DNA from: Eledone cirrhosa
Lineage: Eukaryota
NCBI GenBank assembly: GCA_964016885.1
Contig: OZ024743.1
Coordinates: 132,990,001 to 133,054,000 of the forward strand
Length of the DNA: 64,000 nt
Direction of reading: 5' to 3'
Position 1 is the stretch's first letter. Each line of letters starts with the position of its first letter. The position numbers and the translations under genes were made by a program. Below the pieces are notes generated by a model. The model ran no database searches and was not told the origin of the DNA. It worked only from the letters and a program-made list of their open reading frames with translations. Below are positions 12,301-25,600 of this stretch, piece by piece.

Positions 12301-13998
12301 TTTGGTGCTTGGTGTTTGATGCTTGGTGCTTGGTGCTTGGTGTTTGGTGCTTGGTGCTTGGTGTTTGTACTTGGTGCTTGGTGCTTGGTTCTTGGTGTTT
12401 GGTGTTTTGTGCTTGGTGCTTGGTGTTTGGTGCTTGGTGTTTGGTGCTATGTGTTTGGTGCTTGGTGCTTGGTGCTTGGTGTTTGGTGCTTGGTGTTTGG
12501 TGCTTGGTGTTAGGGGTTTGGTGCTTGGTGCTTGGTGTTTGGTGCTTGGTGTTTGGTGCTTGGTGTTTGGTGTTAGGTGTTTGGTGCTTGGTGTTTGGTG
12601 CTTGGTGTTTGGTGCTTGGTGTTTGGTGCTTGGTACTTGGTGCTTGGTGCTTGGTGTTAGGTGTTTGGTGCTTGGTGTTAGGGGTTTGGTGCTTGGTGCT
12701 TGGTGTTTGGTGCTTGGTGTTTGGTGCTTGGTGTTTGGTGTTAGGTGTTTGGTGCTTGGTGTTTGGTGCTTGGTGTTTGGTGCTTGGTGTTTGGTGCTTG
12801 GTACTTGGTGCTTGATGCTTGGTGTTAGGTGTTTGGTGCTTGGTGCTTGGTGTTTGGTGTTTGGTGCTTGGTGTTTGGTGTTTGGTGTTATATGCTTGGT
12901 GTTTGATGCTTGGTGATTGGTGCTTGGTGTTTTGTGCTTGGTGTTTGGTGTTTGGTGCTAGGTGCTTGGTGTTTGGTGCTTGGTGCTTGGTGCTTGGTGT
13001 TTGGTGTTTGGTGCTTGGTGCTTGGTGTTTGGTGCTTGGTGCTGGGTGGTTGGTGTTTAGTGCTTGGTGTTTGGGGCTTGGTGTTTGGTGTTTGGTGTTT
13101 GGTGCTTGGTGCTTGGTGCTTGGTGTTTGGTGCTTGGTGCTTAGTGTTTGGTGCTTGTGTGCTTGGTGCTTGGTGTTTGGTGCTTGGTGTTTGGTGCTTG
13201 GTGCTTGGTGCTTGGTGCTTGGTGTTTGGTGCTTGGTGTTAGGTGTTTGGTGCTTGGTGCTTGGTGTTTGGTGTTTGGTGCTTGGTGTTTGGTGCTTGGT
13301 GTTTGGTGTTAGGTGTTTGGTGCTTGGTGTTTGGTGTTTGGTGCTTGGTGTTTGGTGCTTGGTGTTTGGTGCTTGGTGTTTGGTGCTTGGTACTTGGTGC
13401 TTGGTGCTTGGTGTTAGGTGTTTGGTGCTTGGTGCTTGGTGTTTGGTTTTTGGTGCTTGGTGCTTGGTGTTTGGTGTTTGGTGCTTGCTGCTGGCTGCTT
13501 GGTGTTTGATGCTTGGTGATTGGTGCTTGGTGTTTTGGGCTTGGTGTTTGGTGTTTGGTGCTAGGTGCTTGGTGTTTGGTGCTTGGTGCTTGGTGCTTGG
13601 TGTTTGGTGTTTGGTGCTTGGTACTTGGTGCTTGGTGCTTGGTGTTAGGTGTTTGGTGCTTGGTGTTAGGGGTTTGGTGCTTGGTGCTTGGTGTTTGGTG
13701 CTTGGTGTTTGGTGCTTGGTGTTTGGTGTTAGGTGTTTGGTGCTTGGTGTTTGGTGCTTGGTGTTTGGTGCTTGGTGTTTGGTGCTTGGTACTTGGTGCT
13801 TGATGCTTGGTGTTAGGTGTTTGGTGCTTGGTGCTTGGTGTTTGGTGTTTGGTGCTTGGTGTTTGGTGTTTGGTGTTATATGCTTGGTGTTTGATGCTTG
13901 GTGATTGGTGCTTGGTGTTTTGTGCTTGGTGTTTGGTGTTTGGTGCTAGGTGCTTGGTGTTTGGTGCTTGGTGCTTGGTGCTAGGTGCTTGGTGTTTG

Positions 13999-16900
13999 GT
14001 GCTTGGTGCTTGGTGCTTGGTGCTTGGTGTTTGGTGGTTGGTGCTTGGTGCTTGGTGTTAGGTGTTTGGTGCTTGGTGCTTGGTGTTTGGTGTTTGGTGC
14101 TTGGTGTTTGGTGTTTGGTGCTTGGTGTTTGGTGCTTGGTACTTGGTGCTTGGTACTTGGTGTTAGGTGTTTGGTGCTTGGTGCTTGGTGTCTGGTTTTT
14201 GGTGCTTGGTGCTTGGTGTTTGGTGTTTGGTGCTTGCTGCTGGCTGCTTGGTGTTTGGTGCTTGGTGATTGGTGCTTGGTGTTTGGTGCTTGGTGTTTGG
14301 TGTTTGGTGCTTGGTGATTGGTGTTTGTACTTGGTGCTTGGTGCTTGGTTCTTGGTGTTTGGTGCTTGGTGCTTGGTGTTTGGTGTTATATGCTTGGTGT
14401 TTGATGCTTGGTGCTTGGTGCTTGGTGTTTGGTGTTTGGTGTTTGATGCTTGGTGCTTGGTGTTTGGTGCTTGGTGCTTGGTGTTTGTACTTGGTGCTTG
14501 GTGCTTGGTGCTTGGTGTTTGGTGCTTGGTGTTTGGTGCTTGGTGCTTGGTGATTGGTCCTTGGTGCTTGGTGTTTGGTGGTTGGTGTTTGGTGCTTGGT
14601 GTTTGGTGCTTGGTGTTAGGTGTTTGGTGCTTGGTGTTTGGTGTTTGGTGCTTGGTGTTTGGTGTTTGGGGCTTGGTGTTTGGTGCTTGGTACTTGGTGC
14701 TTGGTGCTTGGTGTTAGGTGTTTGGTGCTTGGTGTTTGGTGCTTGGTGTTTGGTGCTTGGTGCTTGGTGCTTGGTGCTTTGTGTTTGGTGGTTGGTGTTT
14801 GGTGCTTGGTGTTTGGTGCTGGGTGTTAGGTGTTTGGTGCTTGGTGCTTGGTGTTTGGCGTTTGGTGCTTGGTGTTTGGTGTTTGGTGCTTTTTGCTTGG
14901 TGCTTGGTGCTTGGTGTTTGGTGCTGGGTGCTTGGTGCTTGGTGTTAGGTGTTATATGCTTGGTGTTTGATGCTTGGTGCTTGGTGCTTGGTGTTTGGTG
15001 TTTGGTGCTTGGTGTTTGATGCTTGGTGCTTGGTGCTTGGTGTTTGGTGCTTGGTGCTTCGTGTTTGGTGCTTGGTGCTTGGTGTTTGGTGCTTGGTACT
15101 TGGTGCTTGGTGCTTGGTGTTAGGTGTTTGGTGCTTGGTGCTTGGTGTCTGGTTTTTGGTGCTTGGTGCTTGGTGTTTGGTGCTTGCTGCTGGCTGCTTG
15201 GTGTTTGGTGCTTGGTGATTGGTGCTTGGTGTTTGGTGCTTGGTGTTTGGTGTTTGGTGCTAGGTGCTTGGTGTTTGGTGCTTGGTGCTTGGTGTTTGTA
15301 CTTGGTGCTTGGTGCTTGGTTCTTGGTGTTTGGTGCTTGGTGCTTGGTGTTTGGTGCTTGGTGCTTGGTGTTTGGTGCTTGGTGTTTGGTGCTTGGTGTT
15401 TAGTGCTTGGTGCTTGGTGCTTGGTGTTTGGTGCTTGGTGTTTGGTGCTTGGTGTTAGGTGTTTGGTGCTTGGTGCTTGGTGTTTGGTGTTTGGTGCTTG
15501 GTGTTTGGTGTTTGGTGTTATATGCTTGGTGTTTGATGCTTGGTGCTTGGTGCTTGGTGTTTGGTGCTTCGTGTTTGATGCTTGGTGCTTGGTGCTTGGT
15601 GTTTGGTGCTTGGTGCTTGGTGTTTGTACTTGGTGCTTGGTGCTTGGTTCTTGGTGTTTGGTGCTTGGTGCTTGGTGTTTGGTGCTTGGTGTTTGGTGCT
15701 TGGTGCTTGGTGCTTGGTGCTTGGTGCTTGGTGCTTGGTGTTTGGTGCTTGGTGTTAGGTGTTTGGTGCTTGGTGCTTGGTGTTTGGTGTTTGCTGCTTG
15801 GTGTTTGATGCTTGGTGTTTGGTGTTAGGTGTTTGGTGCTTGGTGTTTGGTGTTTGGTGCTTGGTGTTTGGTGCTTGGTGTTTGGTGCTTGGTGTTTGGT
15901 GCTTGGTACTTGGTGCTTGGTGCTTGTTGTTAGGTGTTTGGTGCTTGGTGCTTGGTGTTTGGTGTTTGGTGCTTGGTGCTGGGTGGTTGGTGTTTAGTGC
16001 TTGGTGTTTGGTGCTGGGTGCTTGGTGTTTGGTGCTTGGTGCTTGGTCTTTGGTGCTTGGTGTTTGGTGTTTGGTGCTTGGTGCTTGGTGCTTGGTGTTT
16101 GGTGCTTGGTGCTTGGTGTTTGGTGCTTGGTGCTTAGTGTTTGGTGCTTGGTGCTTAGTGTTTGGTGCTAGGTGCTTGGTGTCTGGTGCTTGGTGCTTGG
16201 CGTTTGGTGCCTGGTGCTTGGTGTTTGGTGTTTGGTGTTTGGTGCTTGGTGCTTGGTGTTTGGTGTTTGCTGTTTGCTGTTTGGTGTTTGTTGTTTGGTG
16301 TTTGTTGTTTGGTGTTTGCTGTTTGGTGTTTGGTGTTTGCTTTTTGGTGTTTGGTGTTTGGTGCTTGGTGTTTGGTGCTTGGTGTTTGGTGCTTGGTGCT
16401 TGGTGTTTGGTGCCTGGTGCTTGGTGCTTGGTGCTTGGTGTTTGGTGTTTGGTGCTTGGTGCTTGGATTTTGGTGTTTGGTGCTTGGTGCTTGGTGTTTC
16501 GTGTTTCGTGTTTGGTTTTTGGTGATTGGTGCTTGGTGCTTGGTCCTTGGTGTTTGGTGCTGGGTGCTTTGTGTTTGGTGCTTGGTGCTTGGTGCTTGGT
16601 GTTTGGTGTTTGCTGCTTGGTGTTTGATGCTTGGTGCTTGGTGCTTGGTGTTTTGTGTTTGGTGCTTGGTGCTTGGTGTTTGGTGCTTGGTGCTTGGTGC
16701 TTGGTGTTTGTACTTGGTTCTTGGTGATTGGTGTTTGGTTCTTGGTTCTTGGTGTTTGGTGTTTGGCGTTTGGTGTTTGGTGCTTGGTGCTTGGTGTTTG
16801 GTGCTTGGTGCTTGATGTTTGGTGCCTGGTGCTTGGTGCTTGGTGCTTGGTGTTTGGTGTTTGGTGCTTGGTGCTTGGTGCTTGGAGTTTGGTGTTTGGT

Positions 16901-17880
16901 GCTTGGTGCTTGGTGTTTTGTGTTTGGTGTTTGGTTTTTGGTGCTTGGTGCTTGGTGCTTGGTGTTTGGTGCTGGGTGCTTTGTGTTTGGTGGTTGGTGC
17001 TTGGTGTTTGGTGTTTGCTGCTTGGTGTTTGATGCTTGGTGCTTGGTGCTTGGTGTTTTGTGTTTGGTGCTTGGTTCTTGGTGTTTGGTGCTTGGTGCTT
17101 GGTGCTTGGTGTTTGTACTTGGTGCTTGGTACTTGGTGTTTGGTTCTTGGTTCTTGGTGTTTGGTACTTGGTGCTTGGTGCTTGATGTTTGGTGTTTGGT
17201 GCTTGGTGTTTGGTGCTTGGTGCTTGGTGCTTGGTGTTAGGTGTTTGGTGATTGGTACTTGGTGTTTGGTGCTTGGTGTTTGCTGTTTGCTGTTTGGTGT
17301 TTGGTGTTTGGTGTTTGGTGTTTGGTGTTTGCTGTTTGGTGTCTCCTTTTTGGTGTTTAGTGTTTGCTGTATGGTGTTTGGTGTTTGCTGTTTGGTGTTT
17401 GGTCTTTGGTGCTTGGTGTTTGGTGCTTGGTGCTTGGTGTTTGGTGTTTGGTGCTTGATGCTTGGTGTTTGGTGTTTGGTGCTTGGTGTTTGGTGTTTGG
17501 TGCTTGGTGTCTGGTGCTTGGTGTTTGGTGTTTGGTGCTTGGTGTTTGGTGTTTGGTGCTTGGTGTTTGGTGTTTGGTGTTTGGTGCTTCGTGCTTGGTG
17601 TTTGGTGTTTGGTGTTTGGTGCTTGGTGTCTGGTGCTTGGTGTTTGGTGTTTGGTGCTTGGTGTTTGGTGTTTGGTGTTTGGTGCTTGGTGCTTGGTGCT
17701 TGGTGTTTGGTGTTTGGTGTTTGGTGTTTGGTGCTTGGTGCTTGGTGTTTGGTGCTTGGTGCTGGGTGGTTGGTGTTTGGTGCTTGGTGTTTGGTGCTGG
17801 GTGCTTGGTGTTTGGTGCTGGGTGCTTGGTGTTTGGTGCTTGATGCTTGGTCTTTGGTGCTTGGTGTTTGGTGCTTGGTG
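13999..17880 (+). repeat. ~3.9 kb near-identical copy of ~7440-11321 (offset 6559)
   Basis: ORF pairs 7710..7994 / 14269..14553, 9200..10168 / 15759..16727 and 10805..11284 / 17364..17843. Only a few substitutions seen (e.g. CAGGCTG at 7681 vs CTGGCTG at 14240). Confidence 0.92.
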
Positions 17881-20800
17881 TTTGGTGCTTGGTGTTTGGT
17901 GCTTGGTGTTAGGTGTTTGGTGCTTGGTGCTTGGTGTTTGGTGTTTGGTGCTTGGTGTTTGGTGTTTGGTGTTATATGCTTGGTGTTTGATGCTTGGTGC
18001 TTGGTGCTTGGTGTTTGGTGCTTCGTGTTTGATGCTTGGTGCTTGGTGCTTGGTGTTTGGTGCTTGGTGCTTGGTGTTTGTACTTGGTGCTTGGTGCTTG
18101 GTTCTTGGTGTTTGGTGCTTGGTGCTTGGTGTTTGGTGCTTGGTGTTTGGTGCTTGGTGCTTGGTGCTTGGTGCTTGGTGCTTGGTGCTTGGTGTTTGGT
18201 GCTTGGTGTTAGGTGTTTGGTGCTTGGTGCTTGGTGTTTGGTGTTTGCTGCTTGGTGTTTGATGCTTGGTGTTTGGTGTTAGGTGTTTGGTGTTTGGTGC
18301 TTGGTGTTTGGTGCTTGGTGTTTGGTGCTTGGTGTTTGGTGCTTGGTACTTGGTGCTTGGTGCTTGTTGTTAGGTGTTTGGTGCTTGGTGCTTGGTGTTT
18401 GGTGTTTGGTGCTTGGTGCTGGGTGGTTGGTGTTTAGTGCTTGGTGTTTGGTGCTGGGTGCTTGGTGTTTGGTGCTTGGTGCTTGGTCTTTGGTGCTTGG
18501 TGTTTGGTGTTTGGTGCTTGGTGCTTGGTGCTTGGTGTTTGGTGCTTGGTGCTTGGTGTTTGGTGCTTGGTGCTTAGTGTTTGGTGCTTGGTGCTTAGTG
18601 TTTGGTGCTAGGTGCTTGGTGTCTGGTGCTTGGTGCTTGGCGTTTGGTGCCTGGTGCTTGGTGTTTGGTGTTTGGTGTTTGGTGCTTGGTGCTTGGTGTT
18701 TGGTGTTTGCTGTTTGCTGTTTGGTGTTTGTTGTTTGGTGTTTGTTGTTTGGTGTTTGCTGTTTGGTGTTTGGTGTTTGCTTTTTGGTGTTTGGTGTTTG
18801 GTGCTTGGTGTTTGGTGCTTGGTGTTTGGTGCTTGGTGCTTGGTGTTTGGTGCCTGGTGCTTGGTGCTTGGTGCTTGGTGTTTGGTGTTTGGTGCTTGGT
18901 GCTTGGATTTTGGTGTTTGGTGCTTGGTGCTTGGTGTTTCGTGTTTCGTGTTTGGTTTTTGGTGATTGGTGCTTGGTGCTTGGTCCTTGGTGTTTGGTGC
19001 TGGGTGCTTTGTGTTTGGTGCTTGGTGCTTGGTGCTTGGTGTTTGGTGTTTGCTGCTTGGTGTTTGATGCTTGGTGCTTGGTGCTTGGTGTTTTGTGTTT
19101 GGTGCTTGGTGCTTGGTGTTTGGTGCTTGGTGCTTGGTGCTTGGTGTTTGTACTTGGTTCTTGGTGATTGGTGTTTGGTTCTTGGTTCTTGGTGTTTGGT
19201 GTTTGGCGTTTGGTGTTTGGTGCTTGGTGCTTGGTGTTTGGTGCTTGGTGCTTGATGTTTGGTGCCTGGTGCTTGGTGCTTGGTGCTTGGTGTTTGGTGT
19301 TTGGTGCTTGGTGCTTGGTGCTTGGAGTTTGGTGTTTGGTGCTTGGTGCTTGGTGTTTTGTGTTTGGTGTTTGGTTTTTGGTGCTTGGTGCTTGGTGCTT
19401 GGTGTTTGGTGCTGGGTGCTTTGTGTTTGGTGGTTGGTGCTTGGTGTTTGGTGTTTGCTGCTTGGTGTTTGATGCTTGGTGCTTGGTGCTTGGTGTTTTG
19501 TGTTTGGTGCTTGGTTCTTGGTGTTTGGTGCTTGGTGCTTGGTGCTTGGTGTTTGTACTTGGTGCTTGGTACTTGGTGTTTGGTTCTTGGTTCTTGGTGT
19601 TTGGTACTTGGTGCTTGGTGCTTGATGTTTGGTGTTTGGTGCTTGGTGTTTGGTGCTTGGTGCTTGGTGCTTGGTGTTAGGTGTTTGGTGATTGGTACTT
19701 GGTGTTTGGTGCTTGGTGTTTGCTGTTTGCTGTTTGGTGTTTGGTGTTTGGTGTTTGGTGTTTGGTGTTTGCTGTTTGGTGTCTCCTTTTTGGTGTTTAG
19801 TGTTTGCTGTATGGTGTTTGGTGTTTGCTGTTTGGTGTTTGGTCTTTGGTGCTTGGTGTTTGGTGCTTGGTGCTTGGTGTTTGGTGTTTGGTGCTTGATG
19901 CTTGGTGTTTGGTGTTTGGTGCTTGGTGTTTGGTGTTTGGTGCTTGGTGTCTGGTGCTTGGTGTTTGGTGTTTGGTGCTTGGTGTTTGGTGTTTGGTGCT
20001 TGGTGTTTGGTGTTTGGTGTTTGGTGCTTCGTGCTTGGTGTTTGGTGTTTGGTGTTTGGTGCTTGGTGTCTGGTGCTTGGTGTTTGGTGTTTGGTGCTTG
20101 GTGTTTGGTGTTTGGTGTTTGGTGCTTGGTGCTTGGTGCTTGGTGTTTGGTGTTTGGTGTTTGGTGTTTGGTGCTTGGTGCTTGGTGTTTGGTGCTTGGT
20201 GCTGGGTGGTTGGTGTTTGGTGCTTGGTGTTTGGTGCTGGGTGCTTGGTGTTTGGTGCTGGGTGCTTGGTGTTTGGTGCTTGATGCTTGGTCTTTGGTGC
20301 TTGGTGTTTGGTGCTTGGTGCTTGGTGCTTGGTGTTTGGTGCTTGGTGCTTGGTGTTTGGTGCTTGATGCTTGGTGTTTGGTGTTTGGTGCTTGCTGCTG
20401 GCTGCTTGGTGTTTGGTGCTTGGTGATTGCTGCTTGGTGTTTGGTGCTTGGTGTTTGATGCTTGGTGCTTGGTGCTTGGTGTTTGGTGTTTGGTGTTTGA
20501 TGCTTGGTGCTTGGTGTTTGGTGCTTGGTGCTTGGTGTTTGTACTTGGTGCTTGGTGCTTGGTGCTTGGTGTTTGGGGCTTGGTGTTTGGTGCTTGGTGC
20601 TTGGTGCTTGGTCCTTGGTGCTTGGTGTTTGGTGGTTGGTGTTTGGTGCTTGGTGTTAGGTGTTTGGTGCTTGGTGCTTGGTGTTTGGTGTTTGGTGCTT
20701 GGTGTTTGGTGTTTGGTGCTTGGTGTTTGGTGCTTGGTACTTGGTGCTTGGTGCTTGGTGTTAGGTGTTTGGTGCTTGGTGTTTGGTGCTTGGTGTTTGG

Positions 20801-22621
20801 TGCTTGGTGCTTGGTGCTTGGTGCTTGGTGTTTGGTGGTTGGTGTTTGGTGCTTGGTGTTTGGTGCTTGGTGTTAGGTGTTTGGTGCTTGGTGCTTGGTG
20901 TTTGGTGTTTGGTGCTTGGTGCTTGGTGCTTGGTGCTTGGTGTTTGGTGGTTGGTGTTTGGTGCTTGGTGTTTGGTGCTTGGTGTTAGGTGTTTGGTGTT
21001 TGGTGGTTGGTGTTTGGTGCTTGGTGTTTGGTGCTTGGTGTTAGGTGTTTGGTGCTTGGTGTTAGGTGTTTGGTGCTTGGTGCTTGGTGTTTGGTGCTTG
21101 GTGCTTGGTGTTTGGTGCTTGGTGTTTGGTGCTTGGTGTTTGGTGCTTGGTGCTTGGTGCTTGGTGTTTGGTGCTTGGTGTTTGGTGCTTGGTGTTAGGT
21201 GTTTGGTGCTTGGTGCTTGGTGTTTGGTGTTTGGTGCTTGGTGTTTGGTGTTTGGTGTTATATGCTTGGTGTTTGATGCTTGGTGCTTGGTGCTTGGTGT
21301 TTGGTGCTTGGTGTTTGATGCTTGGTGCTTGGTGCTTGGTGTTTGGTGCTTGGTGCTTGGTGTTTGTACTTGGTGCTTGGTGCTTGGTTCTTGGTGTTTG
21401 GTGTTTTGTGCTTGGTGCTTGGTGTTTGGTGCTTGGTGTTTGGTGCTATGTGTTTGGTGCTTGGTGCTTGGTGCTTGGTGTTTGGTGCTTGGTGTTTGGT
21501 GCTTGGTGTTAGGGGTTTGGTGCTTGGTGCTTGGTGTTTGGTGCTTGGTGTTTGGTGCTTGGTGTTTGGTGTTAGGTGTTTGGTGCTTGGTGTTTGGTGC
21601 TTGGTGTTTGGTGCTTGGTGTTTGGTGCTTGGTACTTGGTGCTTGGTGCTTGGTGTTAGGTGTTTGGTGCTTGGTGTTAGGGGTTTGGTGCTTGGTGCTT
21701 GGTGTTTGGTGCTTGGTGTTTGGTGCTTGGTGTTTGGTGTTAGGTGTTTGGTGCTTGGTGTTTGGTGCTTGGTGTTTGGTGCTTGGTGTTTGGTGCTTGG
21801 TACTTGGTGCTTGATGCTTGGTGTTAGGTGTTTGGTGCTTGGTGCTTGGTGTTTGGTGTTTGGTGCTTGGTGTTTGGTGTTTGGTGTTATATGCTTGGTG
21901 TTTGATGCTTGGTGATTGGTGCTTGGTGTTTTGTGCTTGGTGTTTGGTGTTTGGTGCTAGGTGCTTGGTGTTTGGTGCTTGGTGCTTGGTGCTTGGTGTT
22001 TGGTGTTTGGTGCTTGGTGCTTGGTGTTTGGTGCTTGGTGCTGGGTGGTTGGTGTTTAGTGCTTGGTGTTTGGGGCTTGGTGTTTGGTGTTTGGTGTTTG
22101 GTGCTTGGTGCTTGGTGCTTGGTGTTTGGTGCTTGGTGCTTAGTGTTTGGTGCTTGTGTGCTTGGTGCTTGGTGTTTGGTGCTTGGTGTTTGGTGCTTGG
22201 TGCTTGGTGCTTGGTGCTTGGTGTTTGGTGCTTGGTGTTAGGTGTTTGGTGCTTGGTGCTTGGTGTTTGGTGTTTGGTGCTTGGTGTTTGGTGCTTGGTG
22301 TTTGGTGTTAGGTGTTTGGTGCTTGGTGTTTGGTGTTTGGTGCTTGGTGTTTGGTGCTTGGTGTTTGGTGCTTGGTGTTTGGTGCTTGGTACTTGGTGCT
22401 TGGTGCTTGGTGTTAGGTGTTTGGTGCTTGGTGCTTGGTGTTTGGTTTTTGGTGCTTGGTGCTTGGTGTTTGGTGTTTGGTGCTTGCTGCTGGCTGCTTG
22501 GTGTTTGATGCTTGGTGATTGGTGCTTGGTGTTTTGGGCTTGGTGTTTGGTGTTTGGTGCTAGGTGCTTGGTGTTTGGTGCTTGGTGCTTGGTGCTTGGT
22601 GTTTGGTGTTTGGTGCTTGGT
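17860..22621 (+). repeat. ~4.75 kb near-identical copy of ~8850-13622 (offset 9013, then 8999 after a 14-bp deletion)
   Basis: ORF pairs 10260..11459 / 19259..20458, 11766..12815 / 20765..21814 and 13243..13509 / 22242..22508. TTAGGGG variants at 12510/21509 and 12678/21677. Confidence 0.92.
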
Positions 22622-25600
22622 GCTTGGTGTTTGGTGCTTGGTGCTGGGTGGTTGGTGTTTAGTGCTTGGTGTTTAGTGCTGGGTGCTTGGTGTTTGGTGC
22701 TTGGTGCTTGGTCTTTGGTGCTTGGTGTTTGGTTTTTGTTGCTTGGTGCTTGGTGCTTGGTGTTTGGTGCTTGGTGCTTGGTGCTTGGTGTTTGGTGCTT
22801 GGTGCTTAGTGTTTGGTGCTTGGTGCTTAGTGTTTGGTGCTAGGTGCTTGGTGTTTGGTGCTTGGTGCTTGGTGTTTGGTGCCTGGTGCTTGGTGTTTGG
22901 TGTTTGGTGTTTGGTGCTTGGTGCTTGGTGTTTGGTGTTTGTTGTTTGGTGTTTGTTGTTTGGTGTTTGTTGTTTGGTGTTTGCTGTTTGGTGTTTGGTG
23001 TTTGCTTTTTGGTGTTTGGTGTTTGCTGTATGTTGTTTGCTGTTTGGTGTTTGGTGTTTGGTGTTTGGTGCTTGGTGTTTGGTGCTTGGTGCTTGGTATT
23101 TGGTGCCTGGTGCTTGGTGCTTGGTGCTTGGTGTTTGGTGTTTTGTGCTTGGTGCTTGGATTTTGGTGTTTGGTGCTTGGTGATTGGTGATTCGTGTTTC
23201 GTGTTTGGTTTTTGGTGATTGGTGCTTGGTGCTTGGTCCTTGGTGTTTGGTGCTGGGTGCTTTGTGTTTGGTGCTTGGTGCTTGGTGCTTGGTGTTTGGT
23301 GTTTGCTGCTTGGTGTTTGATGCTTGGTGCTTGGTGCTTGGTGTTTTGTGTTTGGTGCTTGGTGCTTGGTGTTTGGTGCTTGGTGCTTGGTGCTTGGTGT
23401 TTGTACTTGGTGCTTGGTGATTGGTGTTTGGTTCTTGGTTCTTGGTGTTTGGTGTTTGGCGTTTGGTGTTTGGTGTTTGGTGCTTGGTGTTTGGTGCTTG
23501 GTGCTTGGTGTTTGGTGCCTGGTGCTTGGTGCTTGGTGCTTGGTGTTTGGTGTTTGGTGCTTGGTGCTTGGTGCTTGGAGTTTGGTGTTTGGTGCTTGGT
23601 GCTTGGTGTTTTGTGTTTGGTGTTTGGTTTTTGGTCCTTGGTGCATGGTCCTTGGTGTTTGGTGCTGGGTGCTTTGTGTTTGGTGCTTGGTGCTTGGTGT
23701 TTGGTGTTTGCTGCTTGGTGTTTGGTGCTTGGTGCTTGGTGCTTGGTGTTTGTACTTGGTGCTTGGTGCTTGGTGTTTGGTTCTTGGTTCTTGGTGTTTG
23801 GTATTTGGTGCTTGGTGCTTGATGTTTGGTGTTTGGTGCTTGGTGTTTGGTGCTTGGTGCTTGGTGCTTGGTGTTGGTGTTTGGTGCTTGGTCCTTGGTG
23901 TTTGGTGCTTGGTGTTTGGTGTTTGCTGTTTGGTGTTTGGTGTTTGGTGTTTGGTGTTTGCTGTTTGGTGTCTGCTTTTTGGTGTTTAGTGTTTGCTGTA
24001 TGGTGTTTGGTGTTTGCTGTTTGGTGTTTGGTGTTTGGTGCTTGGTGTTTGGTGCTTGGTGCTTGGTGTTTGGTGTTTGGTGCTTTGTGCTTGGTGTTTG
24101 GTGTTTGGTGCTTGGTGTTTGGTGTTTGGTGCTTGGTGTCTGGTGCTTGGTGTTTGGTGTTTGGTGCTTGCTGCTGGCTGCTTCGTGTTTGATGCATGGT
24201 GATTGGTGCTTGGTGTTTGGTGCTTGGTGCTTGGTGTTTGGTGTTTGGTGCTTGGTGTTGGGTGCTTGGTACTTGGTGCTTGGTGCTTGGTGTTAGGTGT
24301 TTGGTGCTTGGTGCTTGGTGTCTGGTGTCTGGTTTTTGGTGCTTGGTGCTTGGTGTTTGGTGTTTGGTGCTTGCTGCTGGCTGCTTGGTGTTTGGTGCTT
24401 GGTGAATGCTGCTTGGTGTTTGGTGCTTGGTGTTTGTACTTGGTGCTTGGTGCTTGGTTCTTGGTGTTTGCTGCTTGGTGCTTGGTGTTTGGTGCTTGGT
24501 GTTTGGTGTTTGGTGCTTGGTGTTTGGTGCTTGGTGTTTGGTGCTTGGTGCTTGGTGCTTGGTGTTTGGTGCTTGGTGTTTGGTGCTTGGTGTTAGGTGT
24601 TTGGTGCTTGGTGCTTGGTGTTTGCTGTTTGCTGTTTGCTGTTTGGTGTTTGGTGTTTGCTGTTTCGTGTCTACTTTTTGGTGTTTGGTTTTTTGCTGTA
24701 TGTTGTTTGGTGTTTGGTGTTTGGTGCTTGGTGCTTGGTGTTTGTACTTGATGCTTGGTGCTTGGTTCTTGGTGTTTGGTGCTTGGTGCTTGGTGTTTGG
24801 TGCTTGGTGTTTGGTGTTTGGTGCTTGGTGTTTGGTGCTTGGTGTTTGGTGCTTGGTGCTTGGTGCTTGGTGCTTGGTGTTTGGTGCTTGGTGTTTGGTG
24901 CTTGGTGTTCGATGCTTGGTGCTTGGTGCTTGGTGTTTGGTGCTTGGTGCTTGGTGTTTGTACTTGGTGCTTGGTGCTCGGTTCTTGGTTTTTGGTGCTT
25001 GGTGCTTGGTGTTTGGTGCTTGGTGCTTGGTGTTTGGTGCTTGGTGTTTGGTGCTTGGTGTTTGGTGCTTGGTGCTTGGTGCTTGGTGCTTGGTGTTTGG
25101 TGCTTGGTGTTTGGTGCTTGGTGTTAGGTGTTTGGTGCTTGGTGCTTGGTGTTTGGTGTTTGATGCTTGGTGTTTGGTGTTTGGTGCTTGGTGTTTGGTG
25201 CTTGGTGCTTGGTGTTTGGTGTTTGGTGCTTGGTGTTTGGTGCTTGGTACTTGGTGCTTGGTGCTTGGTGTTAGGTGTTTGGTGCTTGGTGATTGGTTTT
25301 TGGTGCTTGGTGCTTGGTGTTTGGTGTTTGGTGCTTGCTGCTGGCTGCTTGGTGTTTGATGCTTGGTGATGGGTGCTTGGTGTTTGGTGCTTGGTGTTTG
25401 GTGTTTGGTGCTAGGTGCTTGGTGTTAGGTGTTTGGTGCTTGGTGCTTGGTGTTTGGTGTTTGGTGCTTGGTGTTTGGTGTTTGGTGTTTGGTGCTTGGT
25501 GTTTGGTGTTTGGTGCTTGGTGTTTGGTGCTTGGTATTTGGTACTTGGTGCTTGGTGTTAGGTATTTGGTGCTTGGTGCTTGGTGTTTGGTTTTTGGTGC

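Noticed and set aside
12510-21682. Canonical telomere hexamer TTAGGG (12510, 12678, 13666, 21509, 21677) and many TTAGG pentamers
   Set aside because: These are isolated point variants of the heptamer spread by block duplication and never occur in tandem.
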